Shown here piece by piece: positions 44,501-59,582 of a stretch of DNA of 64,000 nucleotides. The notes beneath the pieces were generated by a model that had not been told where the DNA came from, ran no database searches, and was given only the letters and a program-made list of their open reading frames with translations. This DNA is from Ramazzottius varieornatus (taxonomy: Eukaryota; Animalia; Tardigrada). Positions within the stretch are counted from its first letter, which is position 1, and each line of letters starts with the position of its first letter. The position numbers and the translations under genes are program-made. The stretch lies in assembly GCA_001949185.1 (NCBI GenBank), contig BDGG01000015.1:625036-689035 (forward strand), read 5' to 3'.

Positions 44501-47500
44501 GCCCAAGATGCCGATTGTTCAGCCGATTCCTCAGCGTCCGTCGATTGACTCCGTACAGCATTGCTGATTTCCGCTCACTCCATCCCAGTGAGATGCTGCC
44601 TCCAATGTAAGGTTGAGCATGAGCTTCTGCTGCAGTCATCAGCTTGGGAGATGTTATTTTTGACTTGAAAATACAAAAACTGCAGCAAAAGGAATTTGGC
44701 CCTGTCGTATAAGATCAAGTTACGTCGTCAACTAAATTTACGCTGCGAGCGCCTCTAGTGGCCTCGAGTTCATTTCTGGTCCAGGCTCTGCAACATGGGA
44801 TTCAAGCGTTCTAAAATATGGAGATCCGTAGAGTCTTCCGGAACCCAACTTCGGTTACACATAGTATTATCCGGCAGCCCCTCATTTTCTCTATCGATCC
44901 ATCCGAAATAACTTAGGCTTTAGTCACAGATAAGAGGCGAAAATATTTGGCTAACTGAACAACCTCGACATAGGCCGGTTAACTCAACAACCTTTCCCTC
45001 GTACAGGTAGGCTGACGCTTTTTGGAGAAAGCAAGATGATTTTTTTGCATGTCATGCAGCACTTCCCTTCCCAGGCTTACGGCGTCATTCTCCGTACAGA
45101 TGTTCTAGCGCAGTTCAACGTTATGATCGACGTGGTGAAGAACCAGGTTTTTACTAGCCATTTCAGCTCGCAGGTTCTACGATGTTATCCACCTTCGATA
45201 TGAAGTCTGGATACTTCCAGGTTCCCATGGATAAGAACTCCATGGCGAAGACAGCCTTCATCGCTGATGGAGGTCTTTACGAGTTTACCGTTATGCCTTT
45301 TGGAGTGGTTAACGCTCCGCTTACTACCAGTGGATGATGAATATCATCTTTTCAGGCTTGCTTTGGCAGGTATGTGCTTGTTATATCGATGACATAGACG
45401 TGTGGAGTCGCGATTTTGACACTCATCTTCAGGACCTCACTTCCGTGTTCGATCATATCGTGGATGCGAATCTTGTACTGAACCCAATCAAATGTCGGTT
45501 CTTTCAGTCAGAAATAAACCTACTCGGTTTAAAGATCAGTAGAGATGGTGTAAAGCCAACAATGAAAGGTATCGACCCCATCCTCGAGTTTCCGGTCCCT
45601 ACCGCTGTCGATAAGTTGAGATCCTTCCCAGGCAAGACTGTGTACTATCGAAAGCATATTCCCGGTTGTTCCGATATGACCGAGCCTTTGCTACTGAGGT
45701 CAAAGGACAATAAGTTAGTTCCTTTCGTCTGGAAGGAACCACAGGGTACACGTTCGACAGTTTGAAGTCTATATTGATCTCTCCTCCGCTTTTACGTCTT
45801 TTCGACACTAACGTGCCCACAGAGATTCACACCGACGCTTCCGAATATGGGATGCGTCATTGTGCAACGGCATCCACATGAACCGTTAGAGCGTGTGGTA
45901 GCTTATGGTTCCAAGATACGTAACGAGACACAGAGGAGCTGGAGCGCTACGGAGAGGGAAGCTTACGCTGTGTATTGGACCTGCACGAAGTTTACTTACT
46001 AGGAAGGACAGTGAAGGTCGTTACGGATCACCACGCACTTTGCTGGTTGTTCTCAACGCATACGGTTAACAAACGTCTCACGAATTGGGCCTTTAGTTTG
46101 CAAGAATATCAATAAGAGGTCTATTACCGTAGCTGTAAGCGTCATGAAGACGCTGACTTCCTGTCCAGAATCCACTAGATCCTCCATCCGCAATTGAGGA
46201 TAGGATCATCATGATGTTTGCACCAATCGAGATTAAAAGGCTTCAGAGTGAGGATACAACTTTTTGCGTTAAGATTCTCCGAATTCGTGAGTGCAATGTG
46301 GCGGAATTAGATAGCAGTAAAGCAGTAAAGCGTTTCAAGTTGATCGACGGTGTTCTCTACCGCGAGTTTCTCAGAGAGGGCACAGTGCATGTTTTACATT
46401 GTGTACCCAAGCTTCTCCGACTCGAGGTTCTTCAAGCGTGTCATGACAAGCTTTCTGGCCACTTTGGTTTTCGAAGGACTTGGGACCTCGTCAAGAACAG
46501 ATTCTTTTGGCCTGGCGTATCTGCGTTTGTGAAGCGTTACGTTCGGTCCTGTGTTTCTGCCAAACACGAAACATTCGGACGCAGGCGAAAGCAGGGCTTC
46601 TGCTGTAGGTAGCGATCAAATCGGTGCCGTTTCATCGAATCTCAGTTGACCTCATGGGCCCTCTTCCCTGGTCAACAAATAAGAAAAGATACATTATCGT
46701 TGTCACTGATCAGTTCACAAAGTTTGTCATCATTGGTTCCTTACGCACAAAGGAGGCCGAGGAGGAAGCCATGTTCATGATCGAGCATGTCTTTCTCATT
46801 CATTCATCTCCGTTGAAAATGTTGAGTGATAGTGGTTCAGAATTCAACAACAGGATAGTTGAGACTGTTTCGAAAACTTTAAACATTAAACATCTCAATT
46901 CTTCCGTCTACTGGGCACCGGGGGACGGGCAAGTGGAGCGAGCGAATCAGACATTTCAAAGGTCACGGCTTAGTACATCGTCGATAAGCATAAAGACTGG
47001 CACCTTATTCTTCCATTCGTGACACATGCATACAATACGACAGTGCATGAGCTGACAAAGATGAGTGCTTTCTACATGCTCTTTTTCCGAAATCCTCGCC
47101 TGATCGCAGACTTTCAACTACCGACTCAGGTTTCTGATACTTTCATCGACTCATTTGCAGATCGCGTTGAAATCATGAGAGTCAGTCCAGGCTAGGGTCG
47201 GCCAACAGCAGGACTATGCGGTGAATTACTTCAACGCCACTCACAGATTTGTTGAATACCCAATTGGAGCATAAGTCTTGCTGTATAATCTTACGGTGAA
47301 GAAAGGTAATGCTAAAAAGTTCACACACCCATATCGAGGACCTTATAAGGTAGTAGAGCGCCGGTCGGCAGTAAACCACGTTGTCGATACAGTTCGGGGC
47401 AAATACCGGCGAGAACTTACTCACGTCAATCGAATGGAGCCGTTTGTATACAAGCAGGATCTTGTTTTCTCGGAGGGCGAGTCTTCAGTAGAGGAATTGG
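41579..47500 (+). mobile_element. Ty3/Gypsy LTR retrotransposon remnant (gag zinc knuckles, protease, RT, RNase H, integrase), split by a pogo-type element
   Basis: CCHC knuckles 41670-42225; protease ALVDSSAGASVI; RT DMKSGYFQVPM..KTAF..YEFTVMPFG..CYIDDI; RNase H IHTDASEYG..TDHHAL; integrase HDKLSGHFG..RISVDLMGPLP..SDSGSEF..DGQVERANQT; GPY motif HPYRGPYKV. Confidence 0.9.
42844..44639 (-). mobile_element. pogo/Tigger-type (Tc1-mariner superfamily) transposase with introns, decayed
   Basis: HTH-psq/CENP-B-like SERKSAMLYGVNRRTLRNRL; DDE_1 region QVWNLDESAF..VTILPCGNAAGLQLP..SGTMDQLHF; SGFRKSGLFPF near 43440. TIRs not resolved. Confidence 0.8.
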
Positions 47501-48264
47501 AGGATGAATGCGACTATGGAGAGGTCCAAATGCCAAAAAAAGCGGAACTCCCGTTCGCCAGATTTTGCCAAAACAAGATGGTGCGGCATTACAGCTTCCC
47601 GCTGTTAGGTGCCCATCTGTTACGCCCCTCGTTTTTCCATTTGTGTCACCAGGTTCAAACGTTCCTTCGACTTCGCAGTGCGCGCCGCGTGTTTCACTTG
47701 ATTGTTCCTTGTCTAATTCTCAATTTTTCGTGCGTCCCTCTGTCTCTCCGAGTGCGTTCACTCCTCCTCGTGTGTCTCCGCCACTCCATGTTGAACTTCC
47801 CGAGGAAGTTCGGCATAATGTTAACCCTCTCGCGTTCTCACTTGCAGGTCCTGACGACGCAGATAGCAATCTTGGTCTGTACTACGACGCTGATAATCTG
47901 AGGCGTTCGCGGAGAGCGCCCACGTTAAATTCTGAGTTTTTCAACAGTAACTTCTCGTTAACAACATGCAGGTTGATCGGGTGCGCAGTCAGGACGTTCG
48001 GGTGCATCATCATCCAGTTAATGCAATGGTAATCCCATGCGCTGATCCATTGTGTATCACCATTGTCTCACTCAGATACAACGAGGATGTAAACGGCGAT
48101 CATCCCGTTTTCATCAACACTCTTTTAGATATGGCGTCGGGCATTAATATCATGACGAAAGCGGTTGTCGAACGGCTGAGCATCGAAATGCAACGTCCGT
48201 TCATTCAAGACGCGCGTACGATCGGCGGTCTGGTTCCGACCATTGGCCACGTCGACTTTCTCTT

Positions 48265-48865
48265 GTATCACAGGAGAATTTGCCAGCTTAGCAAGGCGGT
48301 CAAAATCAAAATATTGCAGAAACGCTAGGTCTGACAACGACCGTACTCGAGAACAGCCAACAAATGATAGCCCTATCGCAAACTCGTTCTTTCCTAAGTC
48401 AAGAACCACGCTTGGCAGGGTTGTCCCTTGCGCCTTGTGCACCGTAGCCGCATGTGCGAGTGAAAGGGAAATTTGATTCCGTGATAGTGGCTTTCCCGAA
48501 GGGCTGAACCATGTCCTTTTGAATGGATCGATAAGAACGATCCTAGGTACGATGCGACTGAACGAAAGTCCCGTATAACCATCGAACTGAACAACTACGC
48601 ACAGTGGCAGCGATGGTGGTCTGGCGTTCTCTGGGTAGACCATGCCAACGGCTGACCCCAGAGACTCATTCACAAGTTCACGCTCAGTCCACAAGTTTAC
48701 ATTTAACATCACTCGGCATCCCGTAGCTAAGTAAATGACGGAATCCAAGCCTCCAGCTTGATCGTAAGAGGCTTTAGCGGCTTCTTCGTTATTTTGTACG
48801 GCTTGAATCCGAGCTACCGGCAATTTGCCCAGCGACTCGTGGACGGGGGCCGGGTCGCAGTTCAT
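48265..48865 (-). mobile_element. Pif1-family helicase C-terminal fragment, most likely from a Helitron RepHel
   Basis: LATGCRVMLNVNLW..LVN..G..RNQISLSLAHAATVHKAQGTTL..LSFVGCSRVRSL (SF1B motifs V/VI); intronless and truncated. Confidence 0.8.
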
Positions 48866-49900
48866 GGTGGTGCGAGCGCTTGTTGGGGATGAGGCGGAGT
48901 AGATGGTCCACTCTTACCCTCGTACTGCCGGCGTTTATCGACGGTCAGATCGTTGCGTAGCCCGACGCAGATGTGGTTCAACCAGTCGTCTCGCAGCACT
49001 ATCCGCTCATCCCCCAAGGAAGTCAAGCTGGCAAATTCTTCCGTGACTTGGATCTTGACGTCGAGCTCCCAGGGAGAGTCCTCAGAGGCGACCAGAAAGT
49101 TACCTGCAAAATCCGAATTTTGATCCACTGTTTGGTATACACCGAGTTTTTCACGAAGATGCTTCCAGGCCCAAGCTCCGAGGGCCGAAGAGGACCAGTG
49201 CACCGATAAAGAGCAGAGCGTTGACGACCAGCTCTCACATCGAGCGAGAAGACTTTCGGTGATGTGTGCAGGCAGACTCGAAATCGTCCTTCTGCTCGGA
49301 CACCTTCGCAGTCTCAACGCCGGTCTTCATTATGACTGTAGAGAACCAAGATCTGTCAGATTCCAATGTTCAACTATAACAAGGATAACAGCAAAAAACG
49401 GGCAGCGAAACGGTAAACGAGAGAAAATACCGCTTCTCCGTGTCGGCCTTTTCATGTCGAGCAGATGGGTGTGCCAACCGGATTCGTTCAGTGCGAACTC
49501 CAAACTAGACCAGAGTCCTGTTCCACTTCGGCCTGTTAGAAAATACCTAGTAGTACCAAATCGGATATGGGTAGTAGTGGTCCTTGTTGAACTGGACATG
49601 GGCCACAGACAACGAAAAAAATCGTTAAACTCCCATCGAGGCTGTCTGTTGCACAGGCTGAGCGACTTCTGGTGAGATCGTTGTTTACTCCAGCTTTAAA
49701 AGCAAGAACAGCATTATAAGACCAAAAGTGTGATGATTTTCGAGGCAAAATCATGTGCGATTGTAAAAAGCAGAAAAAAGCAAAAAATATACAAAAGGTC
49801 GGCATTAACACAAAAAGAAGAAAATCAGCAGATTTTTAATTTAGCTACTATAGTACTTGATCAAGTCAAGACGGAAATCGAGAAGTTTAAGTGAGTAAAA

Positions 49901-51901
<2,001 letters not shown>

Positions 51902-53086
51902 TGCTGAAGCCTGCAATCAAGCAACTGGAGACATGGCTCACAAAGTATCTTCTTCGCCTCACATTTACCTTTTACAGCTTCAAGGGATGAGCTGAGGAAG
52001 ATATTTCCGTCAGAACATGGGGAAGAAAAGGAGTTATTCCGATTTTCCAAGATTTTTTTCGGAAAAGCGGATGGGCTAAGTTCATGTTTCGCTTTCTGCG
52101 ACTGTGTTGAGCGCTCAGGTGCAATGGTTAGTGGATATTGCATCAGTCGAACTCAGAATATGCGACGTGGCGGTCTACGACACGGCTTGCCATTGTGTCA
52201 GTTGGTCAGTATGCGTTAAGTCCTGCTTAAGCTGCGCACGCCGCACGGTCGTCATGACATGGTATCAGCTTTGCAGGTAAGCGGAACGTAAGCCCTCACT
52301 GTGCCTTACATACTTAAGAGATTGCGCTAAGAGGTAAAACGACCGATCTTCCTGACGGGTAGCGCAGCAAGGTTGCGAGATCGCAAACTCCAGACAGCCA
52401 GTCAGCTGATCACTAATGGTGGACACTGCCGGCGCTTCCGCTACCGATCCAGCTGAGTTTTTTCTCAGTGTTCAACATCTCTTATCTCATATTTTCTTAA
52501 TGAAAGCAGCTTTTACCGCTCCACCTTGCGAAACTCCCAGAAGACGGAGAAAATGCCCGTGCGTCGGATGAAGTGGAAATGTTACTCTGACGGAACGTTA
52601 ACGACGATGTAAGGCATCCGAATCTCTCCTCTTTCGGTTTCTGCCAAGCTTCTTTGGGCTTCGCATCCTCAACCGGCGACGTTGCTTGACTCACTAGACA
52701 CTGCTGATCCTGATCGGTCTCCCGGCTCAGGGCGCACGGTCTCAACTGAATATCACGGCCGGAAGTCGCTTTTAAATTCTGATTTATCGACTTGAATCTT
52801 CGTCAACTACCACTACGTCCAGTTTTCTAACCTACATCCTCTTTTCCGAATTTATCGGTTCAGGACGTTCAGCACCAGCTTGGAGAGAAGGATAGCAACG
52901 CAGGTCCTCAGGTCGACGGAAAATGTCCGCTTCCAGTAGTTCCAGGTAAGATATCCTTTGACAGCTGGGCAGCTACGATTTGACGTCGGATTACTCTCCT
53001 ACAATAAGGGATTTTGAGGAGTGACTTTTATGAAAAATGTTGTCATTTCGTTTGCTGCTGTAGGAAATGCAAGTTGTCTGACACCA

Positions 53087-55143
53087 TGGTTGACACGTCG
53101 GAACTACAGCGCCAAGAGAAGCTTCTCTTGGCCCTGGATAACATCCCGCTATCCACCAGCTACGCCAAGATCGAAGCCTTCTTCCATCCTACGGCTCTAC
53201 GAGGCATCCTCAAGAGCGTCGACTACGGTGCACTGAAAGCGACCGAAGTTGAGATTTATTCTGTGGCCGATCGGGAGGTTGTGCTGGAGGAACTATAGGG
53301 CAAAGTAAGTCCCCTCTAGTTCCCTCATTTTGCTATGGTTCTGCGCATGGCCTAACGATTCCGGTGCGCCAGTGGCCGTACAGAAATGTGTATTCACTAC
53401 AGAGATTAAGTTGCCACCCCGGTTCATTTTGCAACTGTGGCTGCGCCTTGCTCCGCCCCTTTCGTGACGTAACTACATTTTGCTTTCCGGAGCTCCCCTT
53501 ATTTTCGGAAAATAGCTTAATCGAAGTTACGGTTAGGTAGCATTGAGAAGCATGGGAACTCCCCAACTATTGAAAGTTCTGATCAGTTGCTTCGCTTATC
53601 AGTGACGTTGCAACTCATCTTAGCTACAGTCAGACTTTCATACGGCGGTGGCAACTTACCACTTTCAGCACGATCGTTTTCATGTTTGCAGAATACTACC
53701 GTCCTCTTTGTGTATACAGGAATTTTATTGGCTGGTACCGTGTTGCGGAGGCTGGTCCAACCAATAGGCAATTTTCATAATTTCAAAATTCGGATACTTG
53801 GCCATGAACGCCAAATCTCAAAAGGGAGAACTGGTCGTCTCGATTTTCTTCTGAGCGCACTGATGACTACAAAATTTATCCCAGGCTCGGCTTCGACAGA
53901 TAAGACTGTCCCCAGTGCTCCAGTTTTTTTCTAAGCGAATACCGTGGACGTGTCTCGCGCGAAGAGACGAAACACCAAATTTCCCCAAAACCACCCGAAA
54001 CCGTAAAAGAAATTTCCAGCGTGCTGGGGTTTTGCTGACCGCTGGTCATTAGTGTTGCTTTGGTGAGAAGACCGAGGTACATGCAAACAAAAAGAGCCAG
54101 ACCCGAAAGACCAAAAGCTAAAACTGGGAGGTGAATAAAACTGAGTGATTGTATACACAAAGAGGACGGTCGTACGCAGAGTGTTAGTGTGTGTATTGGC
54201 TAGTGGTTACGTCTGCGCTAGTTGCCTTAATGTATTTGAGCTCGGCAAACCGAGTCCGCCAGATCGTTGTCTCAGGTAGTGCACGTTTCAGTGACATTGG
54301 CTGAAAGCCTGCGTCACTTGGTAAAGAGAATCTGGTCAAATTTGTTTGCCGAGCTCTTGCATATGATAAATTTGAGTATTCGGCAGATAACGCCGTTTCT
54401 TCTTCCTGTTTCTGCAGTACGTCGAAGGACAAAGACTTTTCTTGCGTTCTCCCGAAGATATGCGAGCGGAGAGACCGGGTTGTGGATGGGAAATGGTTCA
54501 TCCGATTCTCCAGCGAGAACTTTTCTCTCATTTCAACGTTCTCAGTCGTTGGAGGCTCCAACGAGTGTCCAAGTCATGGAAGCACGCTCTCGGTAGTTTA
54601 GACCCAAGAGTGAAAGAAACGATCGGTTTTTGAATTGACGGGATCATCGTCGTTCCCGAGCAGGCCAAGCAGTCCATTTGTCACGTTGTTTTCAGTGGTT
54701 CTTCCGCCGGAAACCCATATGGACGGAGTGACACGATGGTGGACTTACCACAATTGTTTTGTAATTGTAAAAAAATCACGTTTATGAATGTGACATACTC
54801 GGATAAATGGGTAACGCTTGCACTGATCTCGGTCTGCCGGGGAGCGGAGGTTCGGTTTGCGAACTGTCGCATCAAGTTGAGCTGGCTAAATTCGACCGAA
54901 AACAAGCCACGTGCACTGCTTAGCTCTTCAGTCCCGATCAACAGCTGTGAACCAAAAGTGCGAATGATGTGCTTGAGCGTCGGAAATGACGACGGTGTGG
55001 TCGAGTGCTATCGGAAACTACGCTGCCTTAGAGAGGGAAAACCCAACCTGGGATGTAACTGTGTGGAAGAACTGGTGGACACAGCACGAAGCTTCGTTGG
55101 ATTCCGAACTGTTGAATACTATTCAAGACTACTTCCATTCTGA
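53087..55143 (+). pseudogene. RRM-like plus F-box protein, paralog 1, disabled
   Basis: Exon LLLALDNIPLSTSYAKIEAFF..EVEIYSVADREVVLEEL*GK|YVEGQRLFL (RRM-like), followed by WEMVHPILQRELFSHFNVLSRWRLQRVSKSWK (F-box); TAG 53296-53298, TGA 54631-54633; MITE in the intron. Confidence 0.6.
53660..54183. mobile_element. piggyBac-type MITE, copy 2 (inverted relative to 24242-24755), intronic
   Basis: Reverse-complement near-identity to 24242-24755; spurious ORF translations are shared between the copies; flanks TTAC/TTAG. Confidence 0.8.
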
Positions 55144-56023
55144 TGAGTAAGTGTAACGAACGGGAACATGGGCAAATGAACCACCTCGCTGTTTCAAGTG
55201 GCGCACGCTTTCTGGGTTAATGATGTTAGCGGGGACAACGACGACGACCCGCCTTACTTGTATGACATGGTTCACAGCGATGAAGAATTCGATGGTGACG
55301 AGTACGTCGATTATTACAGTCTGTAATAAATCTCATGGGTTGTGCCATCATGATTTGTCGCTCTATTTTTCTTTACGTGGTTGCTCAGTTTTCTTTTTTG
55401 TTTCTACGATTCGCATAACTTATGATCTACATTCAACCACCAGTTGTGAAATTATGACTGTAAAGGCTGCGGAGTCGAACTGTCAGAGTCAGACTCTTCC
55501 CACCGGTCTAAAAGTCGTTGCCGGTAGGGCAGGTTGTGCGTTTACAAAACAGAACTTGTCAGAACTCCGTCCGTTAATTGAGATACTGAGTGAGGAAGCC
55601 GATGTCAGACGTGAGTCCCAGGACCTTGCTCAGAATCCCGACGGTATTACACGTATCTGGCGTCTGATAATTGGGCTGTATATAATGTGATGTCACTGCA
55701 GGTATGACATGCCTCTTAGAATTCAGAGAGTCATCTCGACCAACTTGACCGTCCAAGTTCTAACTGCTCTCTTCGGAAGGTCCGTACTCGTGGTGAACTT
55801 TTAGCCGACGCCGAAACGGTGCTGGGAAGATCGAAATCCGGATCGTAAGGAGTACAAAGGTTGCGGAACTGTCGGAAAATGTCTGCTCTCAAGTAAGTCG
55901 TTTGTTTATGCGCTGACAGGCAGATAGGGTATTATATCGACGTATCGGCGGTATCGCTTACTACTTCACATCGGCCAACGGCATATGATGAGGGAATATC
56001 TTTGGTGTTCTAGGAAGAGAAGG

Positions 56024-57141
56024 ATGTCGAAGACGTTCGCCGAAGCCGAGCCAGAGGCCGGGAGTTCGCCGAACCTCTTTCTGGCCCTCGACTGCATTCC
56101 ACTTTCCGTGTCTTTCTCCCAGATCAAAGCCTTCTTTCGACCCATACGACTCAGTGGTATCAAGCTGGACGTCAGCTACGGTGCTCTACGAGCCGCTCAA
56201 GTGGAATTTTTCACTGTTGTTGATCGTGAATTGGCCCTAGAGAGCAAAGTAATTCATCCGCTGTGGTGATGTCGTTCATAAGGTCGTCACGCGTGCGGCT
56301 TTTTCTGACAGGGCATCTGTTGTTAGTATACCGAGGTGCAGTGACGTCATGCGCGTGTCTGTAGCGTTGTTGCATTTCATGGTTTTGCCTTCTGTAGGTC
56401 ATTGCAGGGCAGCGTCACTTCCTGCGATCTCCGAAGGATATGCGAGCGGAGAAGCCAGGCTGTGGTTGGGAAGTAGTTTGTCCGATTCTTCAGCGAGAGC
56501 TGTTCTCCCATTAGGACATTTGCAGTCGTTCGAAGCTGCAGAGAGTTTCCAAGTCATGGAAGAACCAGCTCGACAGTTTGGACCCAAGGGTGAAAGAAAC
56601 GCTAAATTCCCATCACTCTGACTGACGGGCATGCCGCTAATCCGTTCATCTTTTTCGGGTCGCCTATCGCTCCGAAAGTTATAAACAGTGTTAAACACAT
56701 CGCTCTCGGCACCTGGCCTCAGCAAGAGAAAGTTGACATGGATGAAACCATGAAGTATCCCATGCGTATGTTTGGCAAGTGCCAGAAAGTTTCCTTCGTG
56801 GGTGGAGAGCTTTCAGAGAGGTGGATCGCGCATGCGGTGAGGCTCTTTGCTCACGAAGTCAAGTGCATTTTATCGACTGTCGTGTCAAGTTGAACTGGCT
56901 GTATTCTGCACTACCGCATACCGGAAAGCCAGAACTGTATAGCTGTGAATTGGGTCTGGCAAGTATCTCGGTGAACGTGCAGCCAAGGATGGACGTGCCC
57001 GCCTCCTACCGAGCAGTGCGAAGGGACATAAAGGGAACACCCAGCGTGGGACTTGGCTGCTTGGAACAGCTGGTGGAAACAACATCGTTCCTTACTGGAT
57101 CTGGAGTTGGTTTCTACTATCCGGACCTACTTTCGATCTGA
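56024..57141 (+). pseudogene. RRM-like plus F-box protein, paralog 2, disabled; possible acidic 3' exon at ~57427-57953
   Basis: LFLALDCIPLSVSFSQIKAFF..QVEFFTVVDRELALESK|VIAGQRHFLRSPKDMRAEKPGCGWEVVCPILQRELFSH*DICSRSKLQRVSKSWK; TAG 56512-56514 plus frameshifts; colinear with paralog 1. Confidence 0.6.
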
Positions 57142-58278
57142 TAAGTAAACTGAACTTCTTTCGCTATCGACTTCAAATCACAATGGGTGCTTAGCAAACA
57201 GACAGGACAAGATTGTTTTCCCATGTAGCGCACGCTGTCAGTGTTATTGGCTGGAACCGTGCGCCATTTGGTAGCACGAACTTGTCCAGTTTGGTTGTTG
57301 TCCCAAGTGGCGCACTTCGCCAGTCTACTTGGCTGGAAATGCGCGCCGCTTGAAAAGCCGATCTTGTTCAGTTGCTTGCAGAGCTGCCCAAAGACAGAGT
57401 AGGTTCCCCCACAATTACTCGAGATATGAAAGCCTGTTTCTTGCAGAGTTCGAAAATTTTTGCGGAATGCTACGCCTGTCGAAGCCATGGAAGACAGTGC
57501 GGATTTGCCGTTCAATATTCGAGACTGCATTTTCTAAGAAACTTCTTGTGGAAAACGGAAGTATCGTTGCCGCGTGTTTTGGAGACAATGTTCGCGGACA
57601 TGACTTTTAGCTCGGGAAAGTGTAAACGGTATACCGACGAGTACCGGACTGCCTTTCCTTGGGTAGCTGACGAGCGGTCCGGTTCGGAATCTGACGATTC
57701 AGATAATGGTGATTCCGAAGACGACGAGTCGGATGATGACGACGGTGTGGGACTGCAGGCGCTTCTGGCTGGTTTTAACCAGGATTATGACGAAGACGAC
57801 GAACATGAATACGACGAAGAGGACGAAGATGGTGATGAGAAGAGGACCAGGAAGAGGATGAAGACAATGCTCAATGAAAATGAACACTTTGGTGATGAGA
57901 GATCTTCAAAATTTTTCCCTACGATCCACAGACTGATTTTACATGCTTTTTAGAAAGGTGGTTCGCAACGCAACGTCTGCTTCCGCGCTTCTCCTGCTAT
58001 ACTGTATTTTCCTTGCATCGTATTTTTATAGAACGTATGAAAGAAAATACGTCACCGTACGGAAGAATGAAAATACACGTAACTTTTGCCAATGAGGTTC
58101 GCTCCAGAGGAAACACCATACTACGAGACTTCAGCACAATTTCGTCACGGGTCAGTTTTAGACTAAAGAATCCACATTACTCCGCTCTTCTATAGAGAAT
58201 TCTGTCAAAGAATCCAATGATACGTTACGTAAGAGACAGCCACTTGAGAGATAGTTTTTTTTTCCAGGCAGACCGGGT

Positions 58279-59582
58279 TCAACTGAGGAAACGAAGTGAC
58301 AGGCGGTTGTCCACATCCGACTCTTCCATGGCAGCGCAGAACTCGTCCAGCGAAATGAACCCGTCGTGGTCCAGGTCGTTCTCTTGCAAAGTCCTTTCGG
58401 CGATGCTTTCCAACTATGGCAAAAAGTATAATGTGAAGCAAACATAGCCAAACATGAGAGTTGGGCAAAACAAACTGGTCGAGCTTGACTTCCCCAGTGG
58501 CGCACGTCACCAGTGTTCCTAACCGGAAGCGTGCTCCACTTGCGAAAGCAGTCTTGTCGAGTCTGTCCGTCCAAGTGGCGCATGTTTTCAGTGTTATTGG
58601 CCGAAAGCGTGCTCCACTTGAACTAACACTCGGGCCGATATTTTTTGCCCTGCTCCTATTCTTTCTCAAGATGCAGTACTCTACCTGGTCGTCAGGGATG
58701 TTGACGCCCACCATCATTTGAAGGACCGCCAGAATCTCATCGGCCGAGATTTTGCTGTCTTCGTCCAAATCGTACAGCTGGAATGCAACTAGGACGAAGC
58801 ATATATGAACCACACAGTCGGAAGATGACACGCACTACAGAAAATGGTTCTTACATTTCAGTTTGTTCTCCTTGGTATTTCTAGCGATCGTAGGAATACT
58901 CGTACGCTTCACGGGGCGGAATACAGCCAGGACCTTGACGAACTGGCGGAAGTTCACTTGATCGTCTGGGCTGTAATCAAAACGATAAGGTGAGAAACTG
59001 GTCGTTAAGTGCGCGTGGATTTCTCCAGTGATATCGATTTCAATGAGAAACACGCAAGAGATCAACCGAATGAGCTCAATACTCTTAGTCTGATACACCG
59101 GATAAACTCAGTGAACAGTGCAGCTTACCAGTCTCGAAAGAAGGCATGGACTATCCTGTCGCCCAAGGGATTGATGGCCAGTTCTGGAATGCGCAGAAAA
59201 TCGGCTCGGCTAAAAATAGAAAACAGATAGATGACTATACTCTAATGATAAGGAAGAATGGAAGTCGCATTTGTCAATTGACATAAAATTGCTGAAAAAG
59301 CCGTTCAAAATCATTCGTACCTTAAGGCTCCCGTGTTCGACTTGTCCAAGCTCGTGAAGCGACTGTATAGTCTGACGATCTGGTTTGGAGTGACTAGAAG
59401 AACAGAAACCGTAGTATGTAAATTATGTGATGCCTTAGAGTCTGGACAGACAAAACCCACTGCAGCAAACAATCAGAGAAATTGTTGGGGATGAGGTCGT
59501 CAGTACTTGACTTACAGCCCGTTTCCTTCTGTATCTCCTCGATCTCGTTCCGCTGCAGCATAATCGTCGAGCGGTTCCCCAT
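58279..59582 (-). CDS. CHP1: Calcineurin B homologous protein (EF-hand, N-myristoylation-type start)
   Basis: Exons 59516-59582 ([22 protein letters not shown]), 59321-59393, 59129-59209 ([22 protein letters not shown]), 58855-58970 ([15 protein letters not shown]), 58685-58788 ([24 protein letters not shown]), 58279-58413. Confidence 0.93.

Noticed and set aside
47966-48865. Overlapping antisense protease-like and helicase ORFs as a dual-coding locus
   Set aside because: Homology of each stops near 48265. They are two abutting TE fragments whose frames run on by chance.
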